Shown in pieces: positions 1 to 9,660 of a stretch of 64,000 bases of DNA. How positions within the stretch are numbered: the first letter of the stretch is position 1; every line of letters starts with the position of its first letter. The notes under the pieces are model-generated. The model was not told the origin of the DNA, searched no databases, and saw nothing but the letters and a program-made list of their open reading frames with translations. Origin of the DNA: Ignavibacteriota bacterium. Its GTDB lineage: Bacteria; Bacteroidota; Ignavibacteria; Palsa-1295. A program made the translations under genes and the position numbers. The stretch is from NCBI GenBank assembly GCA_963787835.1, contig CAWBEI010000004.1, positions 64,001-128,000 of the forward strand, written 5' to 3'.

Positions 1-813
1 TTCCGTGAATGCGCTGATGCCCTCCGTTACTTCTGGCGAAAGATTGTGGATCGAAAGCCAGTCGCGTGCGTGGCCGATCGTCATGTGCCAGGAAAAATCC
101 TTCCAGAAGTTGAGATTTTGCTTGGTATAACGCAGGCATTCCGGTAACTTATTGTAAAGTTTTTCGCACAGCCGTGCAACAGCACGGTCGAGGTCTTCTT
201 TCGGCACCACTTCGTTGACAAGTCCCCATTGCAGCGCTTTTTCGGCGGGAATATCCTCGCAAAGGAAAAGAATTTCCCGCGCGCGGCGTTCGCCGACCAT
301 GAGCGGCAGCCATTGAGTTGCGCCTGCAGCCGCTACGCTGCCGCGCGCGGCGCCCACTTGTTTGATAATAATGTGATCTGCTGCAATGGCGAGATCGCAG
401 GACAAATTAATTTCATTCCCGCCGCCAACGACCATGCCATTCAGCCTTGCAACGGTCGGTTTGCCCATATTTCGCAAGCGCTCGTGCAACTCGATGAACA
501 CACGCATCCATTTATAGTAATCGTCCGGATTGCCCAGGAAGAATTCCTCCTGCTCACCGAGATCGGCTCCTGTTGAGAATGCAACGTCGCCTGCACCCGT
601 GATGACGAGGACGGCAATATCATCATCCCATGCGGCATCTTCGATCGCGATCAGCATCTCGCGCATCGTGGTGAGATTCAGGCAATTCAATACTTCGGGG
701 CGATTGATCGTCAGCGTGGCAACGTAATCGTTCTTCTCATAAAGAATATGAGAGAACTCCAGCGTTCGCTTTTCCTGATAGGGACTAAGTTCCGGTGATG
801 ATTTTTTTGCCAT
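1..813 (-). CDS. Enoyl-CoA hydratase/isomerase (crotonase) family protein, MenB/BadI/Oah-like; 3' end runs off the window
   Basis: Not in the ORF track. Manual translation from ATG 813: MAKKSSPELSPY...VATLTINRPEVLNCL...VITGAGDVAFSTGADL...GKPTVARLNGMVVGGGNEINLSCDLAIAA...AEKALQWGLVNEVVP, which are classic crotonase motifs. Confidence 0.9.
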   Translation of the reverse strand, partial: MAKKSSPELSPYQEKRTLEFSHILYEKNDYVATLTINRPEVLNCLNLTTMREMLIAIEDAAWDDDIAVLVITGAGDVAFSTGADLGEQEEFFLGNPDDYYKWMRVFIELHERLRNMGKPTVARLNGMVVGGGNEINLSCDLAIAADHIIIKQVGAARGSVAAAGATQWLPLMVGERRAREILFLCEDIPAEKALQWGLVNEVVPKEDLDRAVARLCEKLYNKLPECLRYTKQNLNFWKDFSWHMTIGHARDWLSIHNLSPEVTEGISAFTE

Positions 814-815
814 GA

Positions 816-1175
816 TCAGTCCTTTGATTCTTTAGATGTCCAGCCGTTGCCGATCCAGGGTGTTTCTACTTTCGCGGTTACCATTGAAACAAGCGGGCCT
901 GCGAAAGACATTAGATCCTTGGCCCCTGCCACGCCTCCCGGCGATTTCATCCCAGCCTTCAATGCATCGGCATCAAGGAAATACATGGTGCATATAATAT
1001 GCGGTGCCGCAGAAAGCGTCTCGTTTGCAGGCGTCAGCATCTTTTCGACCCACGCTACTTCCATCTTCAGCAAACCATCCATTTGTTGAATGAGCGGTGT
1101 GTGAACCTCGCGATAGTGTTTATCGAATTCTTCTTTATTTTCCGGAGCTCGAAAGATTGCGGTCAGAGTATACAT
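816..1175 (-). CDS. EthD family protein (dimeric alpha-beta barrel)
   Basis: PENKEEFDKHYREVHTPLI...G motif. The start is more plausibly ATG 1175 (MYTLTAIF) than the ORF-track start at 1229. Confidence 0.8.
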   Translation of the reverse strand: MYTLTAIFRAPENKEEFDKHYREVHTPLIQQMDGLLKMEVAWVEKMLTPANETLSAAPHIICTMYFLDADALKAGMKSPGGVAGAKDLMSFAGPLVSMVTAKVETPWIGNGWTSKESKD

Positions 1176-1245
1176 TGTATTCTTGATCATTAAGTCTGCA
1201 AAATTACGTAAAGAATTTAGAAAAGACAATAAACACGATCAATCC

Positions 1246-1827
1246 TCAAATCATCGAAAGAAAATATTTATGCACACGGGCATCATTCACGACCTCTGGA
1301 TGAAAAACTGTTGCGAGCAAATTCTTCTCCCTTGCCATTACAATGCCTTGCTCTAATTTCCCAAGAACCTCGACCTCACTACCAACTTGTGTGATGAGAG
1401 GGGCACGTATAAACACTCCGGGAAAAGTTGATTCTCCTAATACCGGGATTGGAATGGGAATTTCCGAACTGAAGCGTTGCGGGCCAAAGGCATTGCGTAG
1501 AACGGTAATATCCATCAATCCCAATCGGCCTTGCGTAGAGCCTTCGATATTTTTTGCAAGCAGGATCGATCCCATGCACGTGCCCCAGATAGGAAGGCCA
1601 TTGTTGGAAAGCTCTCGAATCTTTTCGAAGATGCCGTGAGCTGCAACAGATTTTTCTACGATAGCAACCGCTGTTGATTCGCCGCCGGGAATGATAAGCG
1701 CATCAATGCTATCCAGATCGGAAACATGGCGAACATCTGTCGTGCTCGCGCCGATCGATCGAAGTTTTTCGATGTGCTCGCGAAAATCTCCCTGCAATCC
1801 GAGAACGCCAATTGTCTTAGAGGCCAC
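1246..1827 (-). CDS. pdxT: Pyridoxal 5'-phosphate synthase glutaminase subunit
   Basis: [30 protein letters not shown] and FHPE motifs; adjacent to pdxS. Probable GTG start at 1827. Confidence 0.96.
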   Translation of the reverse strand: MASKTIGVLGLQGDFREHIEKLRSIGASTTDVRHVSDLDSIDALIIPGGESTAVAIVEKSVAAHGIFEKIRELSNNGLPIWGTCMGSILLAKNIEGSTQGRLGLMDITVLRNAFGPQRFSSEIPIPIPVLGESTFPGVFIRAPLITQVGSEVEVLGKLEQGIVMAREKNLLATVFHPEVVNDARVHKYFLSMI

Positions 1828-2749
1828 GGACCGCAAGTAATTCCTTTTCTGCAAGCGAGGATACCGTTCTTCCTACCATTGGTTCGCCAAGCCCGCGGCT
1901 TACTTCAGCAAGGACATCGGGATCATTGAAATAAGTGGTAGCTTTTACGATCGCGGCAGCGCGTTTTGCAGGGTCGCCGGATTTAAAAATGCCGGAACCT
2001 ACGAACACCCCGTCAACACCAAGCTGCATGAGCAGTGCAGCATCGGCGGGGGTTGCAAGTCCACCGGCTGCGAAATTCACAACGGGAAGTTTTCCGGTAT
2101 CCGCAACTTCATTGACAAGATCGAGTGGCGCGGCGAGATTTTTCGCGTAGGAATATCGCTCTTCTGTGGAAAGTGAAGTAAGTCTGCGAATTTCTCCGAA
2201 GATAGAACGTGCGTGTCGCACGGCTTCGACCACATCACCGGTTCCCGCTTCGCCTTTGGTGCGGATCATTGCGGCGCCTTCGGCAATTCGGCGTAATGCT
2301 TCGCCAAGATTGCGCGCACCGCATACGAAGGGAATCTCAAATTTTGTTTTGTCGATGTGATTTTCTTCATCGGCCATTGTGAGCACTTCACTTTCGTCAA
2401 TGCAATCGACTCCGAGCGATTGCAATATTTGCGCTTCTACGAAATGACCAATGCGCGCTTTTGCCATCACGGGGATGGAAACGGCCTCGATGATCTGCAG
2501 AATAAGTTCTGGATCGGACATGCGCGCAACGCCGCCATCTGCGCGGATGTCAGCAGGAACGCGCTCTAAAGCCATTACGGCAACAGCGCCGGCATCTTCC
2601 GCGATCTTTGCTTGCTCGGCGTTTACGACGTCCATAATAACGCCGCCTTTCAGCATTTGCGGGAATGCGCGCTTGACAAGCTCGGTGCCTCGTTTTGGTT
2701 CTGTGCCATTCTTGGAATGGCCGTTTGTTGATGGAGTATTTTTCGACAT
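1817..2749 (-). CDS. pdxS: Pyridoxal 5'-phosphate synthase lyase subunit
   Basis: [43 protein letters not shown] and [11 protein letters not shown] motifs. Confidence 0.98.
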   Translation of the reverse strand: MSKNTPSTNGHSKNGTEPKRGTELVKRAFPQMLKGGVIMDVVNAEQAKIAEDAGAVAVMALERVPADIRADGGVARMSDPELILQIIEAVSIPVMAKARIGHFVEAQILQSLGVDCIDESEVLTMADEENHIDKTKFEIPFVCGARNLGEALRRIAEGAAMIRTKGEAGTGDVVEAVRHARSIFGEIRRLTSLSTEERYSYAKNLAAPLDLVNEVADTGKLPVVNFAAGGLATPADAALLMQLGVDGVFVGSGIFKSGDPAKRAAAIVKATTYFNDPDVLAEVSRGLGEPMVGRTVSSLAEKELLAVRGL

Positions 2750-2810
2750 GGAAAGTGGCTAACAAAAACACACTGCTTTAAGTGCAGTAAACCCGCCTGC
2801 ACGGACATTC

Positions 2811-3797
2811 TCAGCGAATGTTTCGGTTGGCAACCCCTGCGAGAAATCCCGCGACCATTCTTGCGGCTAACCGTGCGGTGCGGCCATCGACATCATGGGG
2901 CGGACTAACTTCCACAATATCGAACATGCGAACATTTTTCGAAAGCCCGGCGGCTACGGAAAGTTCGTACGCCTCTTCGGCAAGGAATCCAATTGGAGCA
3001 GGTGCGCTTACACCGGGCGCATCGGAGGCGCGTACACAGTCCATATCGAAGGAAAGATAGGTCGGGAAATCCGAGTCGCCATGCGTGATGGCAAACTCGC
3101 ATTCTTCGAATGCATTGGGAAGATGGGCAGTGGTGGCATCTTCGAACGTGAGTATGCGTGCGCCTTGCTGAATCACCCAATCGAAATGTTTTTCCGATGC
3201 GGCAAAAGATTGAATCCCGATCTCGGCAAAATGCTGACCCTTAATAATTCCCTCTTCAAGCAACAACCGAAAACTGCTGCCAGAATGATGCTTCCCATCT
3301 TTTTTCTTGCGCACATCGAGATGCGCATCTATATTGATGAGCCCGATCTCCGTAGGGGCGTGCTGCGCACGTCCGAACCCTTGCACTAAAGGATAGGTCA
3401 CGTCATGTCCGCCGCCGAGCGCGATGACAATTTTTCCCGCCGCGATCAGTTCTTGTGTCACTTGTGAAGCGGATTCATGCATGTCGTCGAGGTAGCCCTG
3501 GTTAATATCTCCAAGATCGACAATGTGCAGATCATTCAAATGTTTATTGAAATGAGGCCCGGCGTAAGGAGTCAGTTTGCCAAACCATTGCCGAATGGCA
3601 TTAGGCGCTTCGCTTGCGCCGAGGCGTCCTCCGTTGCGACGAATACCTTCGTTCGTAGGTACGCCGAAAAGAACAACGTCCGCTTCTGCGATGGTAGATT
3701 CCGTTGGAGCTTGAATAATAGACGCCAGACGCGGATCGTCCGAAGCAGAATTAACGGCAGGATATTGGGGTGGGGTAAAGAGGGTAGTATCGATCAC
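2811..3797 (-). CDS. hutG: Formimidoylglutamase (arginase family)
   Basis: EGIRRNGGRLGA, GGGHD, DAHLD, SGSSF, SFDMDC and APGVSAP motifs. Confidence 0.88.
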   Translation of the reverse strand: MIDTTLFTPPQYPAVNSASDDPRLASIIQAPTESTIAEADVVLFGVPTNEGIRRNGGRLGASEAPNAIRQWFGKLTPYAGPHFNKHLNDLHIVDLGDINQGYLDDMHESASQVTQELIAAGKIVIALGGGHDVTYPLVQGFGRAQHAPTEIGLINIDAHLDVRKKKDGKHHSGSSFRLLLEEGIIKGQHFAEIGIQSFAASEKHFDWVIQQGARILTFEDATTAHLPNAFEECEFAITHGDSDFPTYLSFDMDCVRASDAPGVSAPAPIGFLAEEAYELSVAAGLSKNVRMFDIVEVSPPHDVDGRTARLAARMVAGFLAGVANRNIR

Positions 3798-3872
3798 GAA
3801 CCCATAACAGTAGGCGCGAGCATTAGGTCACGGGAAATTTACACAACTTGACGTGAGAGTCACGGCAACAGG

Positions 3873-5114
3873 TTATCGGGCAAGAACCATCGGTACCTGC
3901 TGCATACTGCCATTCATGTGAATAACGCAGTAATACGTCCCCGGCGGCATATCCATCGCATCCCAAACGAACGAATGCTCGCCTGAATCCAACTCGCCAT
4001 CGAGAAGCTTTGCTATTTGGTGGCCGAGGAGGTTTAAAATGGTGATTTGCGATGTGCCGTTCCCTGTGGATGAGAAATTGATTGTTGTGGATTGAGAGAA
4101 GGGGTTTGGGAACGACTTTGGTAGGCTTTCCATGGTCTGATTATTTTCGGACACGGTTGATTGGTTGAGATCAGAAAGTGGGCGGCGCCAAACACCGCTG
4201 CCGTTCGTCCCTGCAACCATATATCCACCACTTATGGTAAGAGCTAGGACACCTAAATTCGTAAGTCCAGAATTATACGGAATCCAGTTTGCTCCGTTAT
4301 CTTTGGAAAGAAAGATGCCGTAGCTAGTTACAGCAAAAAGATTCGTTCCATATAGTGTGATCGCGAGGATGCCAGTGTCAACCAGACCCCTTGCAGTCCA
4401 GTTTAAGCCGCCGTTGGTTGACATGAAAACACCACACGGGGCTGTTCTGCCATCGCCAACACTTCCTGCATAGAGAATTGTATCTTCTACAGCGAGCGCA
4501 TCAAATTTATCACCACCTAAACCCGCACTTATGCTTTGCCAGCTTGCACCGGTATCGTAAGAGAGATAAACTACTCCAGTGCCAGCAGAGCTGCCTGCAT
4601 AGATAACACCGCCAAGTGTTGTAAATGAGTAAACGGTATTTCCGTCTATGCCACTATTAGCAGAAATCCAACTTGATCCATTATTGGTTGAACGCAGAAC
4701 GCCGCCATCACTGGAACAAAATATTATTGTATCTATCGTTGCAAAAGCATAGACATAGGGGTTTCCCACGCCGCTGTCTGCCGGAGACCAGTTCTTTCCA
4801 GCGTCCATGGATCGAAAAACACCATATTCACCCCCGCCAGCAAAAAGAGTTGTATCAAATTGCGCAAGGCAGGTTATCCCAAAATCTGAGGGTAACCCAG
4901 TATTTGCCGGAGTCCAATGGATACCATTCTCTTTTGAGAAGATTATTCCGCCGGGAAAGCCGCAAAACAGGCCCGTTGGTGTGTTCAAAAAACAGTCGTA
5001 TTCGCCATCAACAAGTGCGCTATCTTGCACCCATTGCCCAAAAGCACACGATGCGGCACACGATACAGCGAAGATTGCTATAACTGCAGAAGTGATGAAA
5101 TTTGATTTGGTCAT
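3873..5114 (-). CDS. Secreted BNR/Asp-box beta-propeller protein with T9SS type A sorting domain
   Basis: Signal peptide, repeated S-x-[DN]-x-G-x-x-W boxes, and C-terminal FPNPF...ILNLLG...PGTYY. Confidence 0.85.
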   Translation of the reverse strand: MTKSNFITSAVIAIFAVSCAASCAFGQWVQDSALVDGEYDCFLNTPTGLFCGFPGGIIFSKENGIHWTPANTGLPSDFGITCLAQFDTTLFAGGGEYGVFRSMDAGKNWSPADSGVGNPYVYAFATIDTIIFCSSDGGVLRSTNNGSSWISANSGIDGNTVYSFTTLGGVIYAGSSAGTGVVYLSYDTGASWQSISAGLGGDKFDALAVEDTILYAGSVGDGRTAPCGVFMSTNGGLNWTARGLVDTGILAITLYGTNLFAVTSYGIFLSKDNGANWIPYNSGLTNLGVLALTISGGYMVAGTNGSGVWRRPLSDLNQSTVSENNQTMESLPKSFPNPFSQSTTINFSSTGNGTSQITILNLLGHQIAKLLDGELDSGEHSFVWDAMDMPPGTYYCVIHMNGSMQQVPMVLAR

Positions 5115-5171
5115 GAGATTAGCGAAATAGCTTCGCTAAGAAATATCTCTCCTCTCTCAATTTGTTACACC

Positions 5172-6428
5172 CTATTCATACCTCAACGCCTCGATGGGGT
5201 TGAGCCGGGCGGCTTTGCGGGCGGGGTACCAGCCGAAGAAAATTCCGACCATGGACGCGGCAGCAAAGGATATTCCGACTGCGCTGGGAGAGATCAACAG
5301 GATCCAGCCATTCGCCTTTGATACGAAGGATGAAGCGATGTAGCCAAGGATCACTCCGATGATTCCGCCGACCAAGCTTAATGTGATGGCTTCGGTCAGG
5401 AATTGGAACATGATATTGGTTTGCTTGGCGCCGATGGACTTGCGAATGCCGATCTCACGCGTGCGTTCGTTTACACTAACAAGCATGATGTTCATGATCC
5501 CGATTCCACCGACCAAAAGCGAAATGACGGCAGCCGCCTGGAGAAGGTTGGTCATCGTTGCCGTGCTTTGCTCGGCCGCTTGCGCGATCTCGACCTGGGA
5601 ACGGATCTGAAAATCATTGTCGTCGGAAGGCACCAGTTTGTGCTGTTGGCGGAGAATATCGGTCACGTCTTGCGTGGCCGGATTCGTTGCTTCAGGTGAT
5701 ATCGCACTTGCCAGAATAAAATTGATCCATGTGATCCCCATCAACTTTTTTTGGACGGTGGCGAGTGGAGCAATAATAATATCGTCAAGATCCTGGCCGT
5801 ACGAATTTGAGCCTTGCTCCTGCAAGAGGCCGATCACATTGAATGGTTCTTGCTTGATACGCACGCTTTGGCCTACCGGATCGACTCCCTCGCCAAACAA
5901 ATTGGTAGCAACGGTCTTTCCGAGGATACAAACCTTCGTTCCTATTTGCGCATCTGCATCAGTAAAGTTACTGCCGCTTACAATGGACCAGTTGCGAACA
6001 AGAAGATATTCGGGGTATGAGCCAGTGATGCGCGTCGCCCAGTTCTGATTTCCTGCGATAGCCTGCACACCAGTTGCAACTCCGGGTGCTACATACATCA
6101 GCCAGGTTGATTTTCGGAGGGCATTCGCATCATTTTCGGTCAGATGGACACTCCCCCCCGTTCCCGAGGAGATGCCTCCTAAGTTCGTTGCTCCGGGAGA
6201 AATGAGCAAGACGTTCGTTCCCATCGCATTGATCTGACTGGCGACAGCTTGTGCGGCACCCTGACCGATTGCCGTCATGGTAATGACGGCTCCCACGCCG
6301 ATGATAATTCCCAGCATCGTCAATATGGCCCGCACCTTGTTGCTGGCGAGAGACTGAAGCGCCATTATGACGCTATTAGTAAATTGAGTGACCAACGATG
6401 CGTCTGTTCTTTGAATCCGGAAAATCAT
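5172..6428 (-). CDS. MacB/FtsX-family ABC transporter permease (copy A)
   Basis: LTMLGIIIGV, VGGIGIMNIMLVSV.ERTREIGIRKSIGA and PARKAARLNPIEALRYE. The start may instead be a TTG near 6395. Confidence 0.93.
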   Translation of the reverse strand: MIFRIQRTDASLVTQFTNSVIMALQSLASNKVRAILTMLGIIIGVGAVITMTAIGQGAAQAVASQINAMGTNVLLISPGATNLGGISSGTGGSVHLTENDANALRKSTWLMYVAPGVATGVQAIAGNQNWATRITGSYPEYLLVRNWSIVSGSNFTDADAQIGTKVCILGKTVATNLFGEGVDPVGQSVRIKQEPFNVIGLLQEQGSNSYGQDLDDIIIAPLATVQKKLMGITWINFILASAISPEATNPATQDVTDILRQQHKLVPSDDNDFQIRSQVEIAQAAEQSTATMTNLLQAAAVISLLVGGIGIMNIMLVSVNERTREIGIRKSIGAKQTNIMFQFLTEAITLSLVGGIIGVILGYIASSFVSKANGWILLISPSAVGISFAAASMVGIFFGWYPARKAARLNPIEALRYE

Positions 6429-6484
6429 TCATACCTCAACGCCTCGATCGGGTTTAGCCGGGTGGCATTGTGGGCTGGGTACCC
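6425..6484 (-). repeat. Degenerate third copy of the permease 3' end (encodes GYPAHNATRLNPIEALRYE*)
   Basis: Matches 6935-6994 and 5172-5231 (TTCATACCTCAACGCCTCGAT.GGGTT.AGCCGGG). Confidence 0.9.
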
Positions 6485-6487
6485 GCT

Positions 6488-6703
6488 TTATGCTGCGATG
6501 CGAGCGTACCGTGCAAACGTATGCGGCCTCGGAATATCATAGCCCTCGGCAGACATCACTTCAAGATGCGATGAAAGTGCTTCTTTCATCAGCGATTCCG
6601 TTTCTTCGAGCGTTTCTGCGGCAGCGGCGCAACCATCTACATCCGGCGAGTAGGCGGAAAATCCCGTTTCCGTTTTTTCAATGACGATTAGATATTCACT
6701 CAT
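6488..6703 (-). CDS. hicB: HicB family antitoxin
   Basis: YLIVIEKTETGFSAYSPDVDGC...ETLEE...IP.P; overlaps the hicA stop (ATGA). Confidence 0.9.
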   Translation of the reverse strand: MSEYLIVIEKTETGFSAYSPDVDGCAAAAETLEETESLMKEALSSHLEVMSAEGYDIPRPHTFARYARIAA

Positions 6704-6888
6704 TTATTAAGTCCTGCTTGTTTGAAAATACTTCGTAGTGTTCCTTCTGCCATATCGACGGATGGTTTACCAGCGATGGTCACGATGCCTTTCTTAACAG
6801 GATGTTTGAAGTGCATGTGGCTTCCGCGTGTTCGAATATGGATCCAACCATCGGCTTCTACCATGCGTATCACATCGCGAACTTTCAT
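6700..6888 (-). CDS. hicA: HicA family toxin
   Basis: DGW...RGSHMHFKHP...GTLRSIFKQAGL. Confidence 0.93.
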   Translation of the reverse strand: MKVRDVIRMVEADGWIHIRTRGSHMHFKHPVKKGIVTIAGKPSVDMAEGTLRSIFKQAGLNK

Positions 6889-6934
6889 TTATTACGAACC
6901 ATAAAAGCATCAGAATCATCACAGGTTCCGAATG

Positions 6935-8158
6935 CTATTCATACCTCAACGCCTCGATGGGGTTGAGCCGGGCGGCTTTGCGGGCTGGATACCAGCCGAA
7001 GAAAATTCCGACCATAGATGCGGCAGCAAAGGATATTCCCACCGCGCTGGGAGAGATCAAAAGTATCCAGCCATTAGCACTCGATACGAAGGAGGAAGCA
7101 ATGTAGCCAAGAATAACCCCGATAATGCCGCCGACTAAACTTAACGTGATGGCTTCGGTCAGGAATTGGAACATGATATTTGCTTGCTTTGCACCGATAG
7201 ACTTACGAATGCCGATCTCTCGCGTGCGCTCCGTTACACTAACAAGCATGATGTTCATGATCCCGATCCCGCCGACAAGCAGGGAGATGACCGCAGCAGC
7301 CTGGAGAAGATTGGTCATTGTTGCAGTGCTTTGCTCGGCCGCTTGCGCGATCTCGACCTGGGAACGGATCTGAAAATCATTGTCGTCGGAGGGCACCAAC
7401 TTATGCTGCTGGCGCAGAATGTCGGTTATATCTTGCGTGGCTGGATTCGTTGCTTCCGCAGTGATGGAACTTGCCATGATATTTTGGACCCATGTAATAC
7501 CCATGAGCTTATGCTGCACGGTGGCAAACGGAGCGACGATAAGATCGTCCTGATCCTGACCGTAGGAGTTCGATCCTTTCTCCTGCAATAGGCCGATCAC
7601 GTTAAACGGCTCTTGCTTGATGCGCACACTTTGACCCACCGGATCGACACCCTCGCCAAAGAGATTCGTAGCAACAGTCTTGCCAAGCAAGCACACTTTC
7701 GTTCCGCTTCTCGCGTCTGCATCGGTGAAATTGCTACCACTGACGATCGGCCAATTCCGAACCAGCAGATAATCCGGTGTGGATCCATAGATGCGCGTGG
7801 CCCAGTTCGCATTGCCGGAAATAGCCTGTGCGCCCGTTGAGACTACGGGTGCAACATAACTTAACCATGTCGATTTTTTGAGGGCATTTGCATCGCTTTC
7901 TGTTAAGTGTACGCTTCCACCCGCACCGGATGAAATTCCTCCCAAATTCGTAGCGCCCGGAAAAATGAGGAGCACGTTGGTTCCCATCGCGTTGATCTGG
8001 CTGGCAACCGCTTGCGAAGCGCCCTGGCCGATAGCCGTCATCGTAATGACGGCCCCCACGCCAATGATGATGCCGAGCATGGTCAATACTGCCCGTACCT
8101 TGTTGCTGGCGAGCGATTGAAACGCCATAATGACGCTATTCGAGAGTTGAGTAAGCAT
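6935..8158 (-). CDS. MacB/FtsX-family ABC transporter permease (copy B)
   Basis: Near-identical paralogue of 5172-6428, with the same motifs. Confidence 0.93.
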   Translation of the reverse strand: MLTQLSNSVIMAFQSLASNKVRAVLTMLGIIIGVGAVITMTAIGQGASQAVASQINAMGTNVLLIFPGATNLGGISSGAGGSVHLTESDANALKKSTWLSYVAPVVSTGAQAISGNANWATRIYGSTPDYLLVRNWPIVSGSNFTDADARSGTKVCLLGKTVATNLFGEGVDPVGQSVRIKQEPFNVIGLLQEKGSNSYGQDQDDLIVAPFATVQHKLMGITWVQNIMASSITAEATNPATQDITDILRQQHKLVPSDDNDFQIRSQVEIAQAAEQSTATMTNLLQAAAVISLLVGGIGIMNIMLVSVTERTREIGIRKSIGAKQANIMFQFLTEAITLSLVGGIIGVILGYIASSFVSSANGWILLISPSAVGISFAAASMVGIFFGWYPARKAARLNPIEALRYE

Positions 8159-8182
8159 ACAAATTTGGATCTTTCTAAGAAA

Positions 8183-9580
8183 TTACCTGCCGCCAGGACG
8201 GCCACCACCACCTGGCCGTGGCTGACTAAGCGGCGACGACGAAGAAGATGTTGGAGCTAAAGAAAATGCTGCGACAATGACGCTATCTCCCGCAATGAGT
8301 TGGGGATTGCTACGCAATACTTCCGCATAATTCGCATCCTGGAGTCCCGTTACCACATGTACGGGCTTGATCTCCGGGCCATTCGGCGAATTAGTCTTAA
8401 CATAGATCGTAGCGAATGACGGCGTGACAGAATCGCGAGGCAGTTCGCTCATAGTGCCAGCGTTATCCGACATATTGCGATGATGGTGCGTGGTATCGCC
8501 GCCAGCTCCCGAATGCTGCCCACGATGCGCTCGGGCAGAATCTCTCACGGCCTGTGGAAGCTGGGCGATAAGATCTGCCGGCGGAACGAAGCGTGTTGCG
8601 CTGACGGGAACACGAAGCACATTCGATCGGCTGGCATTGATAATGTTAACTGTTGCGGTCATGCCAGGTAGCAGCTTCCCTTGGGGGTTATCGGTCCTGA
8701 TGATCACATTGTAGGTAACTACATTAGTGGTTACGGTAGGATTGATCTGAACCTGCCACACTTTACCTTTGAATTTTTCTCCGGGATAACTTTCAACGGT
8801 AAATACCACTTCTTGTGAATCAGCAACCTGACCGATGTCTGCTTCATCCACATCAGCGGCCACCTGCATCTTCGTCAGATCCTGAGCGATCACGTAACAT
8901 ACCGTGACGTTTAGTCCCGCGGCAACGGTCTGCCCGCTATCGACATCGCGCGCCTGCACGACTCCATCGACTGGAGAGCGAATGAAGCAATACCCAAGAT
9001 TCACTTTTGCCTGCTGATATTGTGCGGAATCCACATCGAGTGTAGCTTTCGCATCTTTCAGTGCATTAATGGATGCGTCATAATCGGATTGGGCGACAAG
9101 GTGTTGCGCTAAAAGCTCCCGTTCTCGTGCCTCATTTTGGACGGCCAACAGTAGATCGGATCTGGCTTTGATTACTGTTGCGGCCGCTTGCGTAAGGGAG
9201 GCAACGTAAGGTGCGGTATCCAGCGCGGCAAGGAGCTGTCCCGCTTTTACTTTGGCATTGAAATCCACATAGATCTTTTTAACGAGCCCTGAAACCTGGC
9301 TGCCCACGGATACTGTGGTGGTAGCTTGCAACGTGCCGGTCGCGGTGACGCTGCGTGTAACGCTGCCGGTATCAATGGCTGCGTAGCGAATGATAAGGGG
9401 CGGTGGGGGTGGGGTGCGGATGAAGAAATACCAAAATCCGAAGCCGAGAGCCACCAGGCCGATTACCCAGAATACTGGACCAAGCTTTCGCTTTTTGCGG
9501 CCAAGCGTTACTTTCTTCAACGCTTCCTTCGGCGGAGCGGGTGGTGTTTGAGATGATGAAACAAGATTCGATTCTGCCAT
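8183..9580 (-). CDS. Efflux periplasmic adaptor subunit (MacA-like)
   Basis: N-terminal TM helix, VGSQVSG...V..GQLLA.LD, IRSPVDGVV and LLPGMTA. Confidence 0.92.
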   Translation of the reverse strand: MAESNLVSSSQTPPAPPKEALKKVTLGRKKRKLGPVFWVIGLVALGFGFWYFFIRTPPPPPLIIRYAAIDTGSVTRSVTATGTLQATTTVSVGSQVSGLVKKIYVDFNAKVKAGQLLAALDTAPYVASLTQAAATVIKARSDLLLAVQNEARERELLAQHLVAQSDYDASINALKDAKATLDVDSAQYQQAKVNLGYCFIRSPVDGVVQARDVDSGQTVAAGLNVTVCYVIAQDLTKMQVAADVDEADIGQVADSQEVVFTVESYPGEKFKGKVWQVQINPTVTTNVVTYNVIIRTDNPQGKLLPGMTATVNIINASRSNVLRVPVSATRFVPPADLIAQLPQAVRDSARAHRGQHSGAGGDTTHHHRNMSDNAGTMSELPRDSVTPSFATIYVKTNSPNGPEIKPVHVVTGLQDANYAEVLRSNPQLIAGDSVIVAAFSLAPTSSSSSPLSQPRPGGGGRPGGR

Positions 9581-9660
9581 AATAATGATTACGTGGTACT
9601 ATCGAAGACGATTTACGCAGCACATTGCCAAAAGCAACAATTAAGTTTGATAAAAAATAT

